Shown piece after piece: positions 12,787 to 26,902 of a DNA stretch of 64,000 nucleotides; position 1 is the stretch's first letter, and the number at the start of each line of letters is the position of its first letter. The translations under genes and the position numbers were made by a program. The notes under the pieces were generated by a model. It saw only the letters and a program-made list of their open reading frames with translations. It had not been told where the DNA came from and ran no database searches. The DNA lies in the NCBI GenBank assembly GCA_964016885.1, contig OZ024741.1, positions 45,570,001 through 45,634,000 on the forward strand, given 5' to 3'. Origin of the DNA: Eledone cirrhosa (Eukaryota).

Positions 12787-12792
<6 letters not shown>
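11517..12792. mobile_element. Family G: 466-nt HHR monomer; ~1.7 tandem copies plus one inverted, circularly permuted copy (retrozyme-like)
   Basis: ACAAATAACGAAAC at 11521 and 11987; inverted copy 12316-12792 crosses the monomer junction; near-identical copies; (TA)n flanks. Confidence 0.85.
11810..11854 (-). ncRNA. Type I minimal hammerhead, canonical core (family G)
   Basis: AATATTG-CTGATGA-GTTGT(AACA)ACAAC-GAAA-CTAG-TT-CAATATT; palindromic stem III. Copy at 12527-12571 (+) has G12 changed to A. Confidence 0.92.
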
Positions 12793-12824
<32 letters not shown>

Positions 12825-13203
12825 TTGCAAATGTACCTACGTTTGTTGGGTTTGTGAATTTCTGTTATTGAATGTCTAAACGTGAGAGTTCGAGTTATGG
12901 ATCTGTATGTGTCGAAAGTGTGTATGAATATATGTGTAAATGTTTGTTTGTTCTTGTGCTCCAAACGGAATAATATCTCATAAAATGACAGCAACAATTG
13001 AAATATAAAGCGTTTGGAGAATATATATGAAAATGTCTTTGTTCTGAAATTAAAAAGATTTTGGTACAATAATAATTATAGACCTCTCCTCCTTTTCCCT
13101 TTTTATACAAAGTTAAGCACGCAATGGCACTCGCACCAACACACAAACACTCACACACATACACACGCACGCACATACAAACACACACACACCCACACAA
13201 ACA

Positions 13204-13273
<70 letters not shown>

Positions 13274-13321
13274 AGTAAAATGAGTTTCATGTATATAAAT
13301 ATTGTGTGTGTATTTATGTAT

Positions 13322-13353
<32 letters not shown>

Positions 13354-13536
13354 TTGTATTTGTGTGAGTGTGTGCTTGTGTGTGTTCGTATGCATATATA
13401 TATATATTTAATATATATTGCATATATATTATTGAGTAAAATGAGTTGCATAACGTCGTCTGCTTTTCCTAATATTAAATCATGGTTGGCTATACGGAAT
13501 GACCAGTTCTATCCAGTGGTGAACCACCAAACTTAA

Positions 13537-13591
<55 letters not shown>

Positions 13592-13619
13592 AACAAAAGA
13601 TGGTTAAAAGAGTTCCATG

Positions 13620-13690
13620 TATTTTATTATGCGCATTTCAAAAACAAATATCATCATGCAATAATATTTGTGTTTTCATCAGATAAAACA
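13620..13690 (-). ncRNA. Type I hammerhead in pLTR
   Basis: TGTTTTAT-CTGATGA-AAACACAAATAT...ATATTTGTTTTT-GAAA-TGCGCA-TA-ATAAAATA; palindromic ATGCGCAT. Confidence 0.85.
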
Positions 13691-14049
13691 GGAAGACATG
13701 ATATGAAGGTTACTAAACACTTGTGAATAGTGCAGTTTTAAATCAACATATGAAAAGTAGTTTTAGATTGATGTGTGATATTGGGAAAAATATTTTATTT
13801 TGAGGGGGTGGGGGGGTTGGAAAGGATGAAAAATAGGAGGAGATGAGAGTAAAAGTGGAGAGGGAGGAGTATAATGAGGAAGGATGAGATAGGAGGAGAG
13901 ATGGGTGATAGAGAGAGAGAGATAGCTTTTATAACTGAGAAAGATATATTGTTTTACATAGAGAGGTTGAAAACCGTTGGAAGATAATGTATAAATTAAA
14001 AGAATTTGAAAATTAACGAAGAGAAAAATAATGTAAAGTTAAGGTTTGT

Positions 14050-14223
14050 ATATTAAGGGGTTTAATAATATGTGCGATGAAAAGAAAATGTTAATATGTA
14101 TTAAGAATAATATTTAAGGGTTTAATAACATGTGCGATGGAAAGAGAAAGTTAATATGTATTAAGAATGATATTTAAGGGTTTAATAATATGTGCGATGG
14201 AAAGAAAATGTTGATATGTATTA
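14050..14223. repeat. Three copies of a 60-bp minisatellite in the PLE 3' UTR
   Basis: TTTAATAA.ATGTGCGATG recurs every 60 bp. Confidence 0.85.
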
Positions 14224-14579
14224 TTAAAAAAAACAACAGGTAATTTAAGTAAGGATATATTGTGAGATGAGTATGAATGAGTTAGATGAAAGGGAGAAAA
14301 GAATAATGAATTGAGGATTAATAATCTAACGTCAAAAAGATGTTTATGTTTACGAAGGATTTTTACAAGGTGATATAGAGTAAGAATGTATTGTATTATG
14401 TAATAATTGATTCTATGTTAGGCAACAGTGAGAAAAGATACAGATTAGGGTTAGACATTAAAAGAAAAAGAGAAGAAATGGAAGTGATAAATAGGAGCGA
14501 TATAGAATGAGTAACAAGTATTATAGAATGTATAATAACCTTTGAAATAAGGTAGAAAGATGGGTATATTTTTAAAGAA

Positions 14580-14614
<35 letters not shown>

Positions 14615-14945
14615 CCTTTGAGAAAAATATTCTAAATTGATAAAGATTTGGATATTAGCTGTATACTTTGTGGAATGTTTTGTGGAATTGATGCAAGCAG
14701 ATAGAAAACAAGTCAGTGCGTCTATTTATTATAGAATCTAAATTAGATATAATGGTAAATTTTTCATTTAGACAGAGATTGCAAATTTTGGATAGAGAAC
14801 TGTTCAAGACGCAGAAGAAACCTTCTTCCAAAAGATGCTATATTTAATATTTTTGTCTTTCAAGGACCATATCAGTTCTGAGAGAGCCGTGTTGGTTCTT
14901 TTAAGTTTGTATTTAAAAGACGAATGATGGTTATAAAGACGAGCT

Positions 14946-16226
14946 TTAAAAGAGGTGGAAGTGGAGCCAAAATAGGTGAAGGAATTCGTAAATTAAGTTT
15001 TTATCAAGACAATGGTTGTTGAGAGGACATTTATTTTTAACAGGGCAATTGCAATTGCGATTAAAGAGATTATTAACAAGTGACCTAGTGTTATCTATAG
15101 AAGGAATTGGATTGGAGAAGTTATTTGCAATAGGAATAATAGTTTCTTGATTTAGAATGGGATTAACAACATTTAGCGAAGTTGTGTTTGACGTTGTATT
15201 TGGGTTTGCAGAAATTAGCCTAGGGTTTACAATGACGCCGGGAGTACTATTACTATCATTATGATATTCAGTGTTGGAAGGAAGAGATTTAGTATTTAGT
15301 ATTTTATTGTTGTGTTTAGAGATAATGTTGGAAATGTTGGAGGATGTAGAATAGGAAAATTTTATAGTGTGTTTGTTAAATATTTTACTATAGATATGTG
15401 AGGGAGGGAAGCATTTATTTAAGGCACTAAAGAATAATTTAGGAATATTGTTATTAATAGAGATGGAGAAAGGAGCATTATACCAGATTATGTTTTTGTA
15501 TCTAGGTCTTTTATTAAAGTTATTGGAATGATCATGATTAATTATTCTACTGTAAGTTCTTCTAGAATTTGTTTCTTTACTATATTTGATTTTATTAGGA
15601 TAGCCGGCTTTAGAAAGTGCGTTATTATAGTAATTGGCGTTAGCATCAAAGATGTTTTTATTAGAAGATAGGTTAGATATTCTTTTTCCAATATTACTAA
15701 CTATCGCATTCTTGATATTAGTAGGATGGTTAGATTTAAAGTTAACATAATTTAGGTTCTCATTGTTTTTATGGCCAATGTCAAGATTAAGAGATACATC
15801 CAAGAAATTAGCTAGTTTGATGCTGTTATCAAATTCAATGTTTAGGTTATGTTGGTTAAAGAGATTACGTATATTGTTCTTAATAATATTAAGGTTAACT
15901 ATGTTGCAATTTAAGATTGTAAAGAGTCCATCGTCACGATAAAATCCACCGCGAAGTTGAGGAATTTTCCGACTCAAAGAGTTCAAAATAAAGATACCAA
16001 TTAAATCTGTCAATTGGGATGAATCGGATGCTCCCATTGTGATGTCGAAGTTCTTAGAGGTATCGGCTCTGGTCCAATATTCGTTGTTGAACTCTAGGAT
16101 GGTTTTACGTGCGGTGAGAATGATGTGAATTTCATCTGTGGTGATGTCAGAATATTTAAGTGCGAAAGATAGAGCATTATTGAGAAGTGAAGGCGAAATA
16201 GTAGCTGGCAATATGAAATTGAACAA
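14946..16226 (-). pseudogene. PLE RT fragment (frameshifted before the endonuclease)
   Basis: FDITMGASDSSQLTDLIG, GFYRDDGL, NFLDVSLNL, SNHP, WYNAPFS, CNCPVKNKCPL. Confidence 0.88.
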
Positions 16227-16435
16227 ATTTTAGTTTGTTTTTATTATTCAATTAATAAATGTTCGGTAAACCCATACGTACATATATATATATATATATG
16301 TGCATGTATATATGTATATACATACTACTGTACGTCTGTATACATATGTGTATGTACGTATACATACTTATATTTAAGTATCAGCCGTACTGAGAGTGAG
16401 AAATGAAATTTCATTTTTTCCATTTATATATATAT

Positions 16436-16478
<43 letters not shown>

Positions 16479-16493
16479 AGAGAGTGTGTGTGT

Positions 16494-16568
<75 letters not shown>

Positions 16569-16653
16569 TGATGGTAGCTAAGATGTTTCCATAGGCGGTA
16601 TGGCGGTTGAGCACTCTATGCTCTTACAGAGCAGAGTATGATAGAAAGAATAG

Positions 16654-16853
16654 AAAACGAAAAATCAGTGATGCATCTGAACTCAATTTATTGTGTGTTA
16701 CAGTGAGAGAATATGGTCGGAAATCATTAGACGTGTCTGTCGAACATGCGGGTCCAGAATCAGACAATGGCCACGTCTGGAGCTGTCCGCCGGGGAGACA
16801 ATTGTAACACACAATAAATTGAGTTCAGATGCATCACTGATTTTTCGTTTTTC
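16654..16853. repeat. ~50-bp inverted repeats around a ~100-bp spacer
   Basis: AAAACGAAAAATCAGTGATGCATCTGAACTCAATTTATTGTGTGTTACA and its reverse complement; extra partial copies to 16905. Confidence 0.8.
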
Positions 16854-16938
16854 GATGCATCACTGATGCGTTTTTCTTTTCAGATGCATCACTGATTTTT
16901 CGATTGTTCTATATAAATATATATATATATATATATAT

Positions 16939-17602
16939 AGGAATTTAGGAACAGTTTAGGTATGATACATTTTATTACTAATTATATCTAAATGTTTCTT
17001 CTCTCTTCATAATGTATTTTTAACTCTGATACTGGTTCAGTCTGGTTCAAACTGAATTGGTCTGTCCCAGTCATTCATTGAGCAACATCGGTGAAGTTGG
17101 CACCCTTAACTCACAGTTGGGTGCGGATGCATTCATGTATATATGTGTGTGTCCGCATGTATCAGTGTGTTTCTAAATATATTAATAACTCCCTCTGGTC
17201 GAGCAATCTTTGAAGTGTGGGGACAACTGGAAAGCTTCCATTACTCATACTTCTCGCCTTCTTCACTACCTCTTCTACGGCCTCGATATGAATACCCCCT
17301 CCGCCTCCGTGGTATTTTCTTCGTGGTTATAAGAGGCTTAGCTCTGTTTCTCGACCGTTATATCGCGTGACTGTCTCCCCCTCCGCCTTTTGGGATTCTT
17401 TCTCACGTCGTGTAGACGCGTTCTTGAGACTAGTAAAATGAGGTATCCTCTTGATAAGTCGGCAGACCTCGCAAGGACTCTATATCTTTGATATATTGTT
17501 TTTGTTTATGCCACGAAACTACGTAGTCGAGGAATTTAGGAACAGTTTAGGTATGATACATTTTATTACTAATTATATCTAAATGTTTCTTCTCTCTTCA
17601 TA

Positions 17603-17608
<6 letters not shown>
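16939..17608 (+). mobile_element. Family J: 591-nt non-coding unit with 79-bp terminal direct repeat and U3-A8 HHR
   Basis: Direct repeat 16939-17017 = 17530-17608; (TA)n on both sides. Confidence 0.8.
17446..17533 (+). ncRNA. Type I hammerhead, U3-A8 core variant (family J)
   Basis: TCCTC-TTGATAA-GTcGGCA...TGCCAC-GAAA-CTACGTAG-TC-GAGGA; GUC site; palindromic stem III. Confidence 0.85.
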
Positions 17609-17654
<46 letters not shown>

Positions 17655-17726
17655 AAAAAGGGATGAAATCGAAAATGCAACTGAAGTCTTATTTTTTTAA
17701 AAAATATATATATTTATTTGGTTTAT

Positions 17727-18245
17727 ATAAAGTTAAATAAAAGTCAAATGATTAAAATTTAGTTTCGTTTATTACTGCTATATATATTTCAGTGACAGCC
17801 ATCTTTGGCTGTGACCTCTTCAGGCAGTTTGAATTAGTATGGTATAGACAAGTACATATGTTGTTTAGGTGTATGATATTGTCAATACTCTGATATGGGG
17901 AACTGGAGTCATATGAACTCCAGTCATATGACTCCAGTTCCCCAGTGAATTAACAACCCAACAAGGAACTGGGCATATCAGAGTATTGACAATATCATAC
18001 ACCTAAACAACATATGTACTTGTCTATACCATACTAATTCAAACTGCCTGAAGAGGTCACAGCCAAAGATGGCTGTCACTGAAATATATATAGCAGTAAT
18101 AAACGAAGCTAAATTTTAATCATTTGACTTTTATTTAACTTTATTTTACACTACTCTGGAGTAACCAAACCAACCTGCGCACATCGTCGAGTGCTTCAGA
18201 CTGCATACTGAGGTGTTGGTATACAACCAACATAAACTCAAAATC
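17727..18245. mobile_element. Family K inverted pLTR-like pair with two HHRs (17774-17828 minus, 18043-18097 plus)
   Basis: ACTGC-CTGAAGA-GGTcACAGCCA(AAGA)TGGCTGTcACT-GAAA-TATATA-TA-GCAGT in both arms. Confidence 0.85.
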
Positions 18246-18359
18246 TATATATATATATATATTATTGTTGAAACAGAAAGCGGAAAACAACGAAGCGAAG
18301 TGGCAGTGCAAAGTGTTAATATTAGATGGCGGTGGGGGACGATGAGTGGGAGTGGGGGA

Positions 18360-18391
18360 CGATGTTTCGGGCATAAGCCCTTCATCGGGAG
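18360..18391 (-). ncRNA. Degenerate minimal hammerhead
   Basis: TC-CCGATGA-A-GGGC(TTAT)GCCC-GAAACATC; U4 changed to C, weak stem I. Confidence 0.55.
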
Positions 18392-19308
18392 AAAAGTGGG
18401 CAGAAAAGAGTTCCGGGTGGAAAGACATTAAAAGGGAGGGGAGACATTTTTTTAGAGGGTAAAAAAAATTAAAATGAAACAGGTGGTGAAAGTGTGTGAG
18501 GCGTGTAGGGGTGTTGGTGGGTGGATGGAGAGGAGAGAGGGGAGAGGAAGACAGGGTGTCCGAGCGGGGAGGGCGGAAGATGGTGTGTGTGTATTGTGTG
18601 TAGGTGTATGTCTGTGTGTGTGAGTGTGGATGTGAATGTGAGAGTTTGGGGAAGAACGAGGTTCCATGTTCGGGTAATAGGGAAACCAGTGTGGGGTGTA
18701 AGTCAGTGTGTGTATGCGTGTGGATGGAGAGGGGTCAGGGCGCGTGAGGGAGAGAGGGCGTGTGGAGTCCGAAGGCTGAGTGTGTGTATGTGAGGATACG
18801 CACGTGTGTGTGTATATTTTGTGTGGTGTGGATGCATGGTAGCGTGGTGCGAAAATAGTGTAAGTGTTTGTGTATGTATATATGTATTATTGCCAACAAA
18901 TCTGTTTATTACAAACTCACACACACACACACACACACATATACATGTGTGCGCACACGCACACACATATATATATATATATAAATATATATATATTTAT
19001 TCACGCAGTCACGATTACATCTTTAGTTTATATATCCATATAACCTTATCTTATATTTCAGATACTTACTGCACAACTTAATATATATTTTAATAAACTA
19101 GCAACATGAGTACTAATAATATCTATAAGTAACTGTTTATATAAGAACCATGGTTACGTATTTCTTGTATTATGTGATATACATACCTTCTGATGAGAAG
19201 TGTAATAGGTTCAGAAATTTCATCTTTTCTTCAATTATATATATATATAATTAAAGAAATGATAAATACCTTTATGTAATCGTGACTGCGTGAATATATA
19301 TATATATA

Positions 19309-20497
<1,189 letters not shown>

Positions 20498-20509
20498 GGC
20501 GTATGCATA

Positions 20510-21768
20510 GCTGGTGACGTTGCCAACCTTTTTATGGTATGGTGGGAAAGGAGACTCATCATGTAATCTGGCGACATCAATATAGTAATAAGGACATCCC
20601 CACAAGAGAGTACTAACAAGTTTGATTTAGAATGTAGCACAATGGAAAGCATCCAGCAGATAGCTAATTCCATACACCAGAGTATAATTGTAACTATCGT
20701 CTACCCTTCCAAACGCCCTAACAATAGCCGACCTGTATTAGACACGGCACTCAGGATTACTACTATAGACGAGAGAGCCCAAATTCTCCACTCACACTAC
20801 GCTAAACGCATGGCCTCCAAATACCTGATACTCAAAAACTCAGCAATGTCCAGTAGTGCTAAGTTTAATATTCTGATGGCAGACTTGGTACGTGTGCGAC
20901 CCAACAGAAATGGAAAGACACATCCAACACTTCATCAACCGCATGCAGTTCTCTGGCTATAACCAAAGAGACAGAATCAGAGTATACGAAGGAGCCATTG
21001 AGAAGTATAAGACCCTCATAGAACTGGACGTGAAAGGAATTTGCCCATTATACAGGAGCAAATCATGGAATAGGTTAGATAGGACTAGACATAAGATAGG
21101 GAAATCCACCTCATGGTACAACAACCAGAGATACCAGAGTGTCATGTTCGTGGACGCTACCCCCGGAGGTAAATTAGCTAAACAGAAAAAATGAATGGAA
21201 TAACAACAACACCCAAACAAACAATACTGACCTAAGAGAAGTATAAATAAACAAATAAATAAACAAATAAACAAATACATACACAAGCACAATAACAACA
21301 AACAGATATAAACACACACTAGTAAACTAAGATAGAATACAATAACCAAAACACAGTCACCCAAAAACGAACACACACCAAACACTATACACACACACAA
21401 ACGCATGCGCAGAGAAGAAGACAAAAATAAATAAATAAATAAATAATCAGATTAAATAAAGATGGCGTAGACACACAATACAACAGGAGGAAACATAATA
21501 GCACCAATGACGATGTTGCAGATGTGCAACGAAAGAGCTTTGTTAGACTATATATATATGTGTTCGTGTCTATATTATATCTGTATTTTTGACCGTTGGT
21601 CAGTCAATGGTAACATTGAGGACCGAATAAATTAAATTAACTGATATAAAAGATACAGAAGCGAAAACCAACCAAACAGAGAGTGTGTTCTGTTATTAAT
21701 TCTGGCAATATTATTACACAAATATGACCCTCCCCAAGTATAACAATATATATATATATATATATATA
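20510..21768 (+). mobile_element. Internally deleted RYVDD-type PLE with degenerate HHR (21503-21545)
   Basis: ORF fragments 20642-20962 and 20892-21194 match 61507-62757; GIY-YIG region deleted; core reads ATGACGA. Confidence 0.88.
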
Positions 21769-22043
21769 AAGTCAGTCTTAAGCCAGAAGGCTCATTTGAC
21801 CGGTGCGTATCCCGGTTTCATGGCGTGAAGCGACTGAGAGTACAAGATTCCCACCTGGACAGGACGCCAGTCAATCGCAGGGTTAAACCTCCAGCTATTG
21901 CTGGTACTCATTTTCAGCTGAGTATACTGGAGCAACGTGAAATGAAGTGTTTTGCTCACGAACACAAGACGCAACCTAGGAATCGAACCCACGACATTAT
22001 GATCGTAAGTCCAACACTGTTACCACTAGGCCACATGCCTCCA
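21768..22043 (-). mobile_element. tRNA-derived SINE (family 2, V-SINE-like central domain)
   Basis: A-box TGGCCTAGTGG, B-box GGTTCGATTCC, CCCTGCGAT.GACTGGCGTCCTGTCCAGG; homologous to 57337-57616. Confidence 0.8.
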
Positions 22044-22389
22044 CATATATATATATATATATATAATTGAAGAAAAGATTAATACCTTTATGTAATCGTG
22101 ACTGCGTGAATAAATAAATATATATATGTGTGTGTGTGTGTATGTGTGTGCGTGTGTGTTTGTGTGTGTGTGTGTGTTTGTAATAAACAGATTAGTTGGC
22201 AATAATATTATAACTTTACCTTTCATCCTTAAGGAGTCGATAAAATAAAGTACCAGTAATGAACTGAAATAATTGCTGGCCTTGTGCCAAAAGTAGAAAC
22301 AATCATTATTAGTATAACTACGTGGACTATGTCTCCTGCCGCAGATACACTGTACATCTGTTTCTGTATCTATATGTTTATTTTCTTGC

Positions 22390-22394
<5 letters not shown>

Positions 22395-22444
<50 letters not shown>

Positions 22445-23260
22445 GTGAATATGGGCATTGTTTGGTGTTCCGAACTTGCATGCTACACCGTTCATCCAAT
22501 TTTCATGAAACCTCACACATATATAAGACTCAACTCGTAGAGTGGATAAGGCTACTTGAAATTTTCGAAAAATCGATAATCGGGCCCTATGACAGAATGT
22601 TTTTCGATTCCAATGAAATTTTATGTGAATTCGAACACAAGAAATCTTAGTTTACATCTGGCGCAATAAAAATAAATTTCATATGCCCATATAAGGACGT
22701 GCGTTATTGATTGGATGGCCAGCTGCATGTCTTCCCAGCTGTCTCAGTAAACGACCGACCATTAAAGAGTTTATCTGTTCATATTCAAATCTACTTCAGA
22801 GATCACGCATTGATGTAAAAAATCAATAAAACTAAAGCGGGGCTCGACTTTGCGCAAAAAAAACAAGGCAAAGTTACACATGGGAAAACTTTTTACAGGA
22901 ACGTCCGATATTCTTGAAAACTGTCACAAAAGACTCGCCATTATGCCGTGGTTAAGATAAAGGCCCCTTTAATTATTCTTCTGCACATGTGAGCGCAAAA
23001 ATTGTAAAAAAAACAAAACCCTGCTAAATTAACTGAACATTCAATATCAAGTGATTTTGACTTCCGTCAGTCGTGCAGAGAACAATTTTAACGATACATT
23101 GTGTAACTACAATTAATAAATTACACACCTGCGTCTACTAACCTATTTTCTTTCATTGAAGTTCGAAGTTTTGAACCTGTGATGCGCGGGAAGTAACTTT
23201 CACACATTCTAACAGACCAAAGGTCGACTTACACCCGGGCAGCGCCGGGTACTTCTGCTA

Positions 23261-23261
<1 letters not shown>
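22395..23261 (+). mobile_element. Non-autonomous Helitron
   Basis: 3' hairpin CCCGGGCAGCGCCGGG followed by CTAG and then T; 5' end buried in (TA)n. Confidence 0.7.
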
Positions 23262-23343
<82 letters not shown>

Positions 23344-23344
23344 T

Positions 23345-23867
23345 ATTTTGAGCATATGTTTGTTGTATACCAACACCTCAGTATGCAGGCTGGAGCACTC
23401 GACGAAGTGCGCAGGTTGGTTTGGTTACTCCGGAGTAATGTAAAATAAAGTAAAATAAAAAGTCAAATGTTTAAAATTTAGCTTCGTTTATTACTGCTAT
23501 ATATATTTTGGTGACAGCCATCTTTGGCTGTGACCTCTTCAAGCAGTCCGAATTAGTGTGGTATAGACAAGTACATATGTTGTTGAGGTGTATAATTTTG
23601 TCGATACTCCGTTCCTGGTTGGGTTGTTATTTCACTGAGGAACTGGAATCATATGGTTCCAGTTCCTCAGTGAATTAACAACCCAACCAGGAACTGGGCA
23701 TATCAGAGTATTGACAAAATTATACACCTCAACAACATATGTACTTGTCTATACCATACTAATTCGGACTGCCTGAAGAGGTCACAGCCAAAGATAGCTG
23801 TCACCGAAATATATATAGCAGTAATAAACGAAGCTAAATTTTAAACATTTGACTTTTTTTTTTACTT

Positions 23868-23872
<5 letters not shown>
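23345..23872. mobile_element. Second family K inverted pair; intact HHR 23768-23822 (+), decayed 23493-23547 (-)
   Basis: Homologous to 17727-18245. Confidence 0.85.
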
Positions 23873-23941
<69 letters not shown>

Positions 23942-24144
23942 CAAAGGAATTGTGGTAAGGAACAAGATGGACCCTAACGCACCAGAGTACTCAATACTTA
24001 GGGTAGTAGAGTGGGAAATAGGAAAAAGTATGACCCCGACGGCAGAGCTAAAGCCGTTTCGACGGCTATTTCTGGACTCAGAATATATATAGTGAAATAA
24101 CATAACAAGGACGATTGGTTACTCCTTCATTACGTTTATTGGTC

Positions 24145-24231
24145 GGTGACGCTCGTGTTTCGCTACTGATCAGCTTAAGGTTCGATCTGTATTGATCTGA
24201 CTCGCCTCTGTAATCCGCGGCTCCTCAGACC
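24145..24231 (-). ncRNA. Hammerhead with extended stem II (family P)
   Basis: GGT-CTGAGGA-GC...GC-GAAA-CACGAGCG-TC-ACC; homologous to 58724-58935. Confidence 0.7.
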
Positions 24232-24318
24232 CCTTGTAATGTTAATGGAAATATATATATATATATATTACATATACATATATATACATATATGTGTGTG
24301 TGTGTGTGTGTATAATAT

Positions 24319-24350
<32 letters not shown>

Positions 24351-25882
24351 GTGTGTGTGTGCGTGTGTGTGTGTTTATGTGAGTCTGTTTGTGTGTGGGG
24401 GGGATAGTATCTGTTTGTGTCTTAGTGTATGTTGTGTAGTTTTCTGTTTGTGTACATACATATAAATATGCACATGAAAGTGAAACAAATATCTAGATAG
24501 ATGGATAAATTGCTTTATTTTTACTGACACATAACAGAAAATTATCTGGCACTCAGGGAATATTTGTAAATCGTAGTTTAAAATCAAGATCAAACGTTCC
24601 ATGAGTTTTCTGATTACAATGCCGGTGCAGTCTAAGTCTTAATATTTTATTATATGAAACACGCAATAAAATAGAAATGTTGAGTACAAGTCATATATTC
24701 TAATAGTTGGCTGAAACAGTAATTTCCCTAAGAAAAGCATTGAAAGAATTTGTAGTTTTGCTTTTACATATACACATAAATGAAAGAGAGAAGATTATAG
24801 TTGACTATGTAATGATATATTCAATAATATGATATATTATCAGGTACATACACACGTTAGAGGGCTGTACTGAATCCCACGCATTATTCTTATGTATCCC
24901 TTTGATCTATTGTGGCTGTCAATTTCATCCTAATAATTTTAGAGTCAATTAAACTATATAAATATACTGTTTCTTCAATCTATTATACCTTACCTGATAA
25001 TTTGGAGATCGTGCTTCAATATAAAATCTCAATGGGATAACATTCGTACATCTTTCATATTTATTCTTCGTCATATTCATCAATCCAGTTCGAAATTCCA
25101 CAGTTGTTACTGATTGTTTATATAACACTTGGCTGTATTTACGGTGAACGAGTGCTAATCTACCTACAAACAATGATATCCGCAAAAGCTTGTAAAAGAG
25201 ATTATCTTGGCTTAAATAGCAACGGCCACTTACATCGTCACTTGGATAATGAAAAATCGTGCGAGAGGTTTTCAGTGCGACATATTCATGGTGCAGGTAA
25301 TTTGACCATATAAAGGAACTCACATCAGAGTGATCTGTAAACTTTGAAATTCTACTGAAAAACGTCAGATTACTTTGTGGTTACAAAATAAGCGGTTCTA
25401 TGAAAGGTTACAATAATTATAATAATTTTTCTATGAATTAAATTAAAACAGTGTTAACACGTCAAACCAAGTTTTCGATACCACTGAACACTTTTTAATG
25501 TAGTGACTGCAAGTTGTTTACGGGATATTAGTTGATGAGTGAAATATGCATTGACTATAGAGTTAGAAGTATGTCGCGGAAAATATATTGAAAAGTAAAG
25601 TAAATAAGTTCTCCAATAGTATCTACATAGGGGATTCCATAATACAATCAACCTTACGTTCATAATCAAAGGAAAATACACACATAGATACATACAATGC
25701 AAAGACAAGCACAGATTTGTTTCAGATTTATCATTTCTGTTTACAAATATTTCTACTAACCCTATTAGTCGTTTGAATTGAGTTCGGATCAAATGAATAA
25801 CCTTGGTTAATCCATCACCATGCAAGATCCTTTCGGTTTCGTGAATTGAATAGAATGGTAGTAGCTACGTGGGATTTACTCA

Positions 25883-26077
25883 CGGCGGCAGTATCGGTAG
25901 AGGGTCGGACGCCATGCTTTGCAGCATAGAGCTATGTACCTTTATGTACCTTTAGTTATGTACCTGAGTTTAAATCCCGACGAGGTTAACTATGCCTTTC
26001 ATCCTTACGGGGTCGATAAAATAAAGTACCAGTAATGTACTGGGTAATTGCTGGCCTTGTGTCAAATGTAGAAACAA
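25883..26077 (+). mobile_element. SINE family 1
   Basis: GGCAGTATCGG A-box, B-box-like motif, conserved 3' domain. Confidence 0.8.
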
Positions 26078-26496
26078 GTTTTATCCTTCTATTTCAATGA
26101 AGATTATCAGGAACATTTCAAAACTTTAATGAGATAAAACAAAGGCAGTATATTAAAAAAACTGGCATAAAAGATAAAGTATAGGAAACACATGCTTGAA
26201 AAAAAGTCTCTAAAAACTGCACCCACCGTATGCACCATGGAAATATATTAATATTGCACGTACCTTCCCGAGAATGTTATAGAACGTAGATGCAGTATGG
26301 TCTCCAGAAGCTGACTGTACTGCATCTACATTCGATATCTTTGTTAAGCCGGACATAAATTGCTGATAGACAACTGGCCTGGCAACGTCAGATACAGATC
26401 GAAATTGATGCGCAACAGCAAACGAGGCCATCGAAAATATCACACACACACACACACACACATACATATTTATATATATGTGTATATATATGTATG

Positions 26497-26597
<101 letters not shown>

Positions 26598-26625
26598 ATA
26601 TATATGTGTATATATATGTATGTAT

Positions 26626-26691
<66 letters not shown>

Positions 26692-26809
26692 AATACAGAT
26701 TAAAGATTAAGCAAAGAATTTCTGCTTTCACCTTATTACGGTTTCTTCTGAAACTCAGAAGACATATATATATACATATATATATATGTGTGCATGAGTG
26801 CGTGTGTGC

Positions 26810-26902
<93 letters not shown>

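Larger units (their letters stand above)
13590..16226 (-). mobile_element. 5'-truncated PLE, Hydra-clade-like
   Basis: RT ORF, frameshifted GIY-YIG (YFGSTSTSFKARLYNHHSSF...NTALSELIWSLK...CNLCLNEK) to ~14670, ~1 kb 3' UTR and terminal HHR. Confidence 0.85.

Noticed and set aside
14050-14223. Regularly spaced repeats (CRISPR-like)
   Set aside because: Whole 60-bp units repeat with no unique spacers; eukaryotic context with no cas genes
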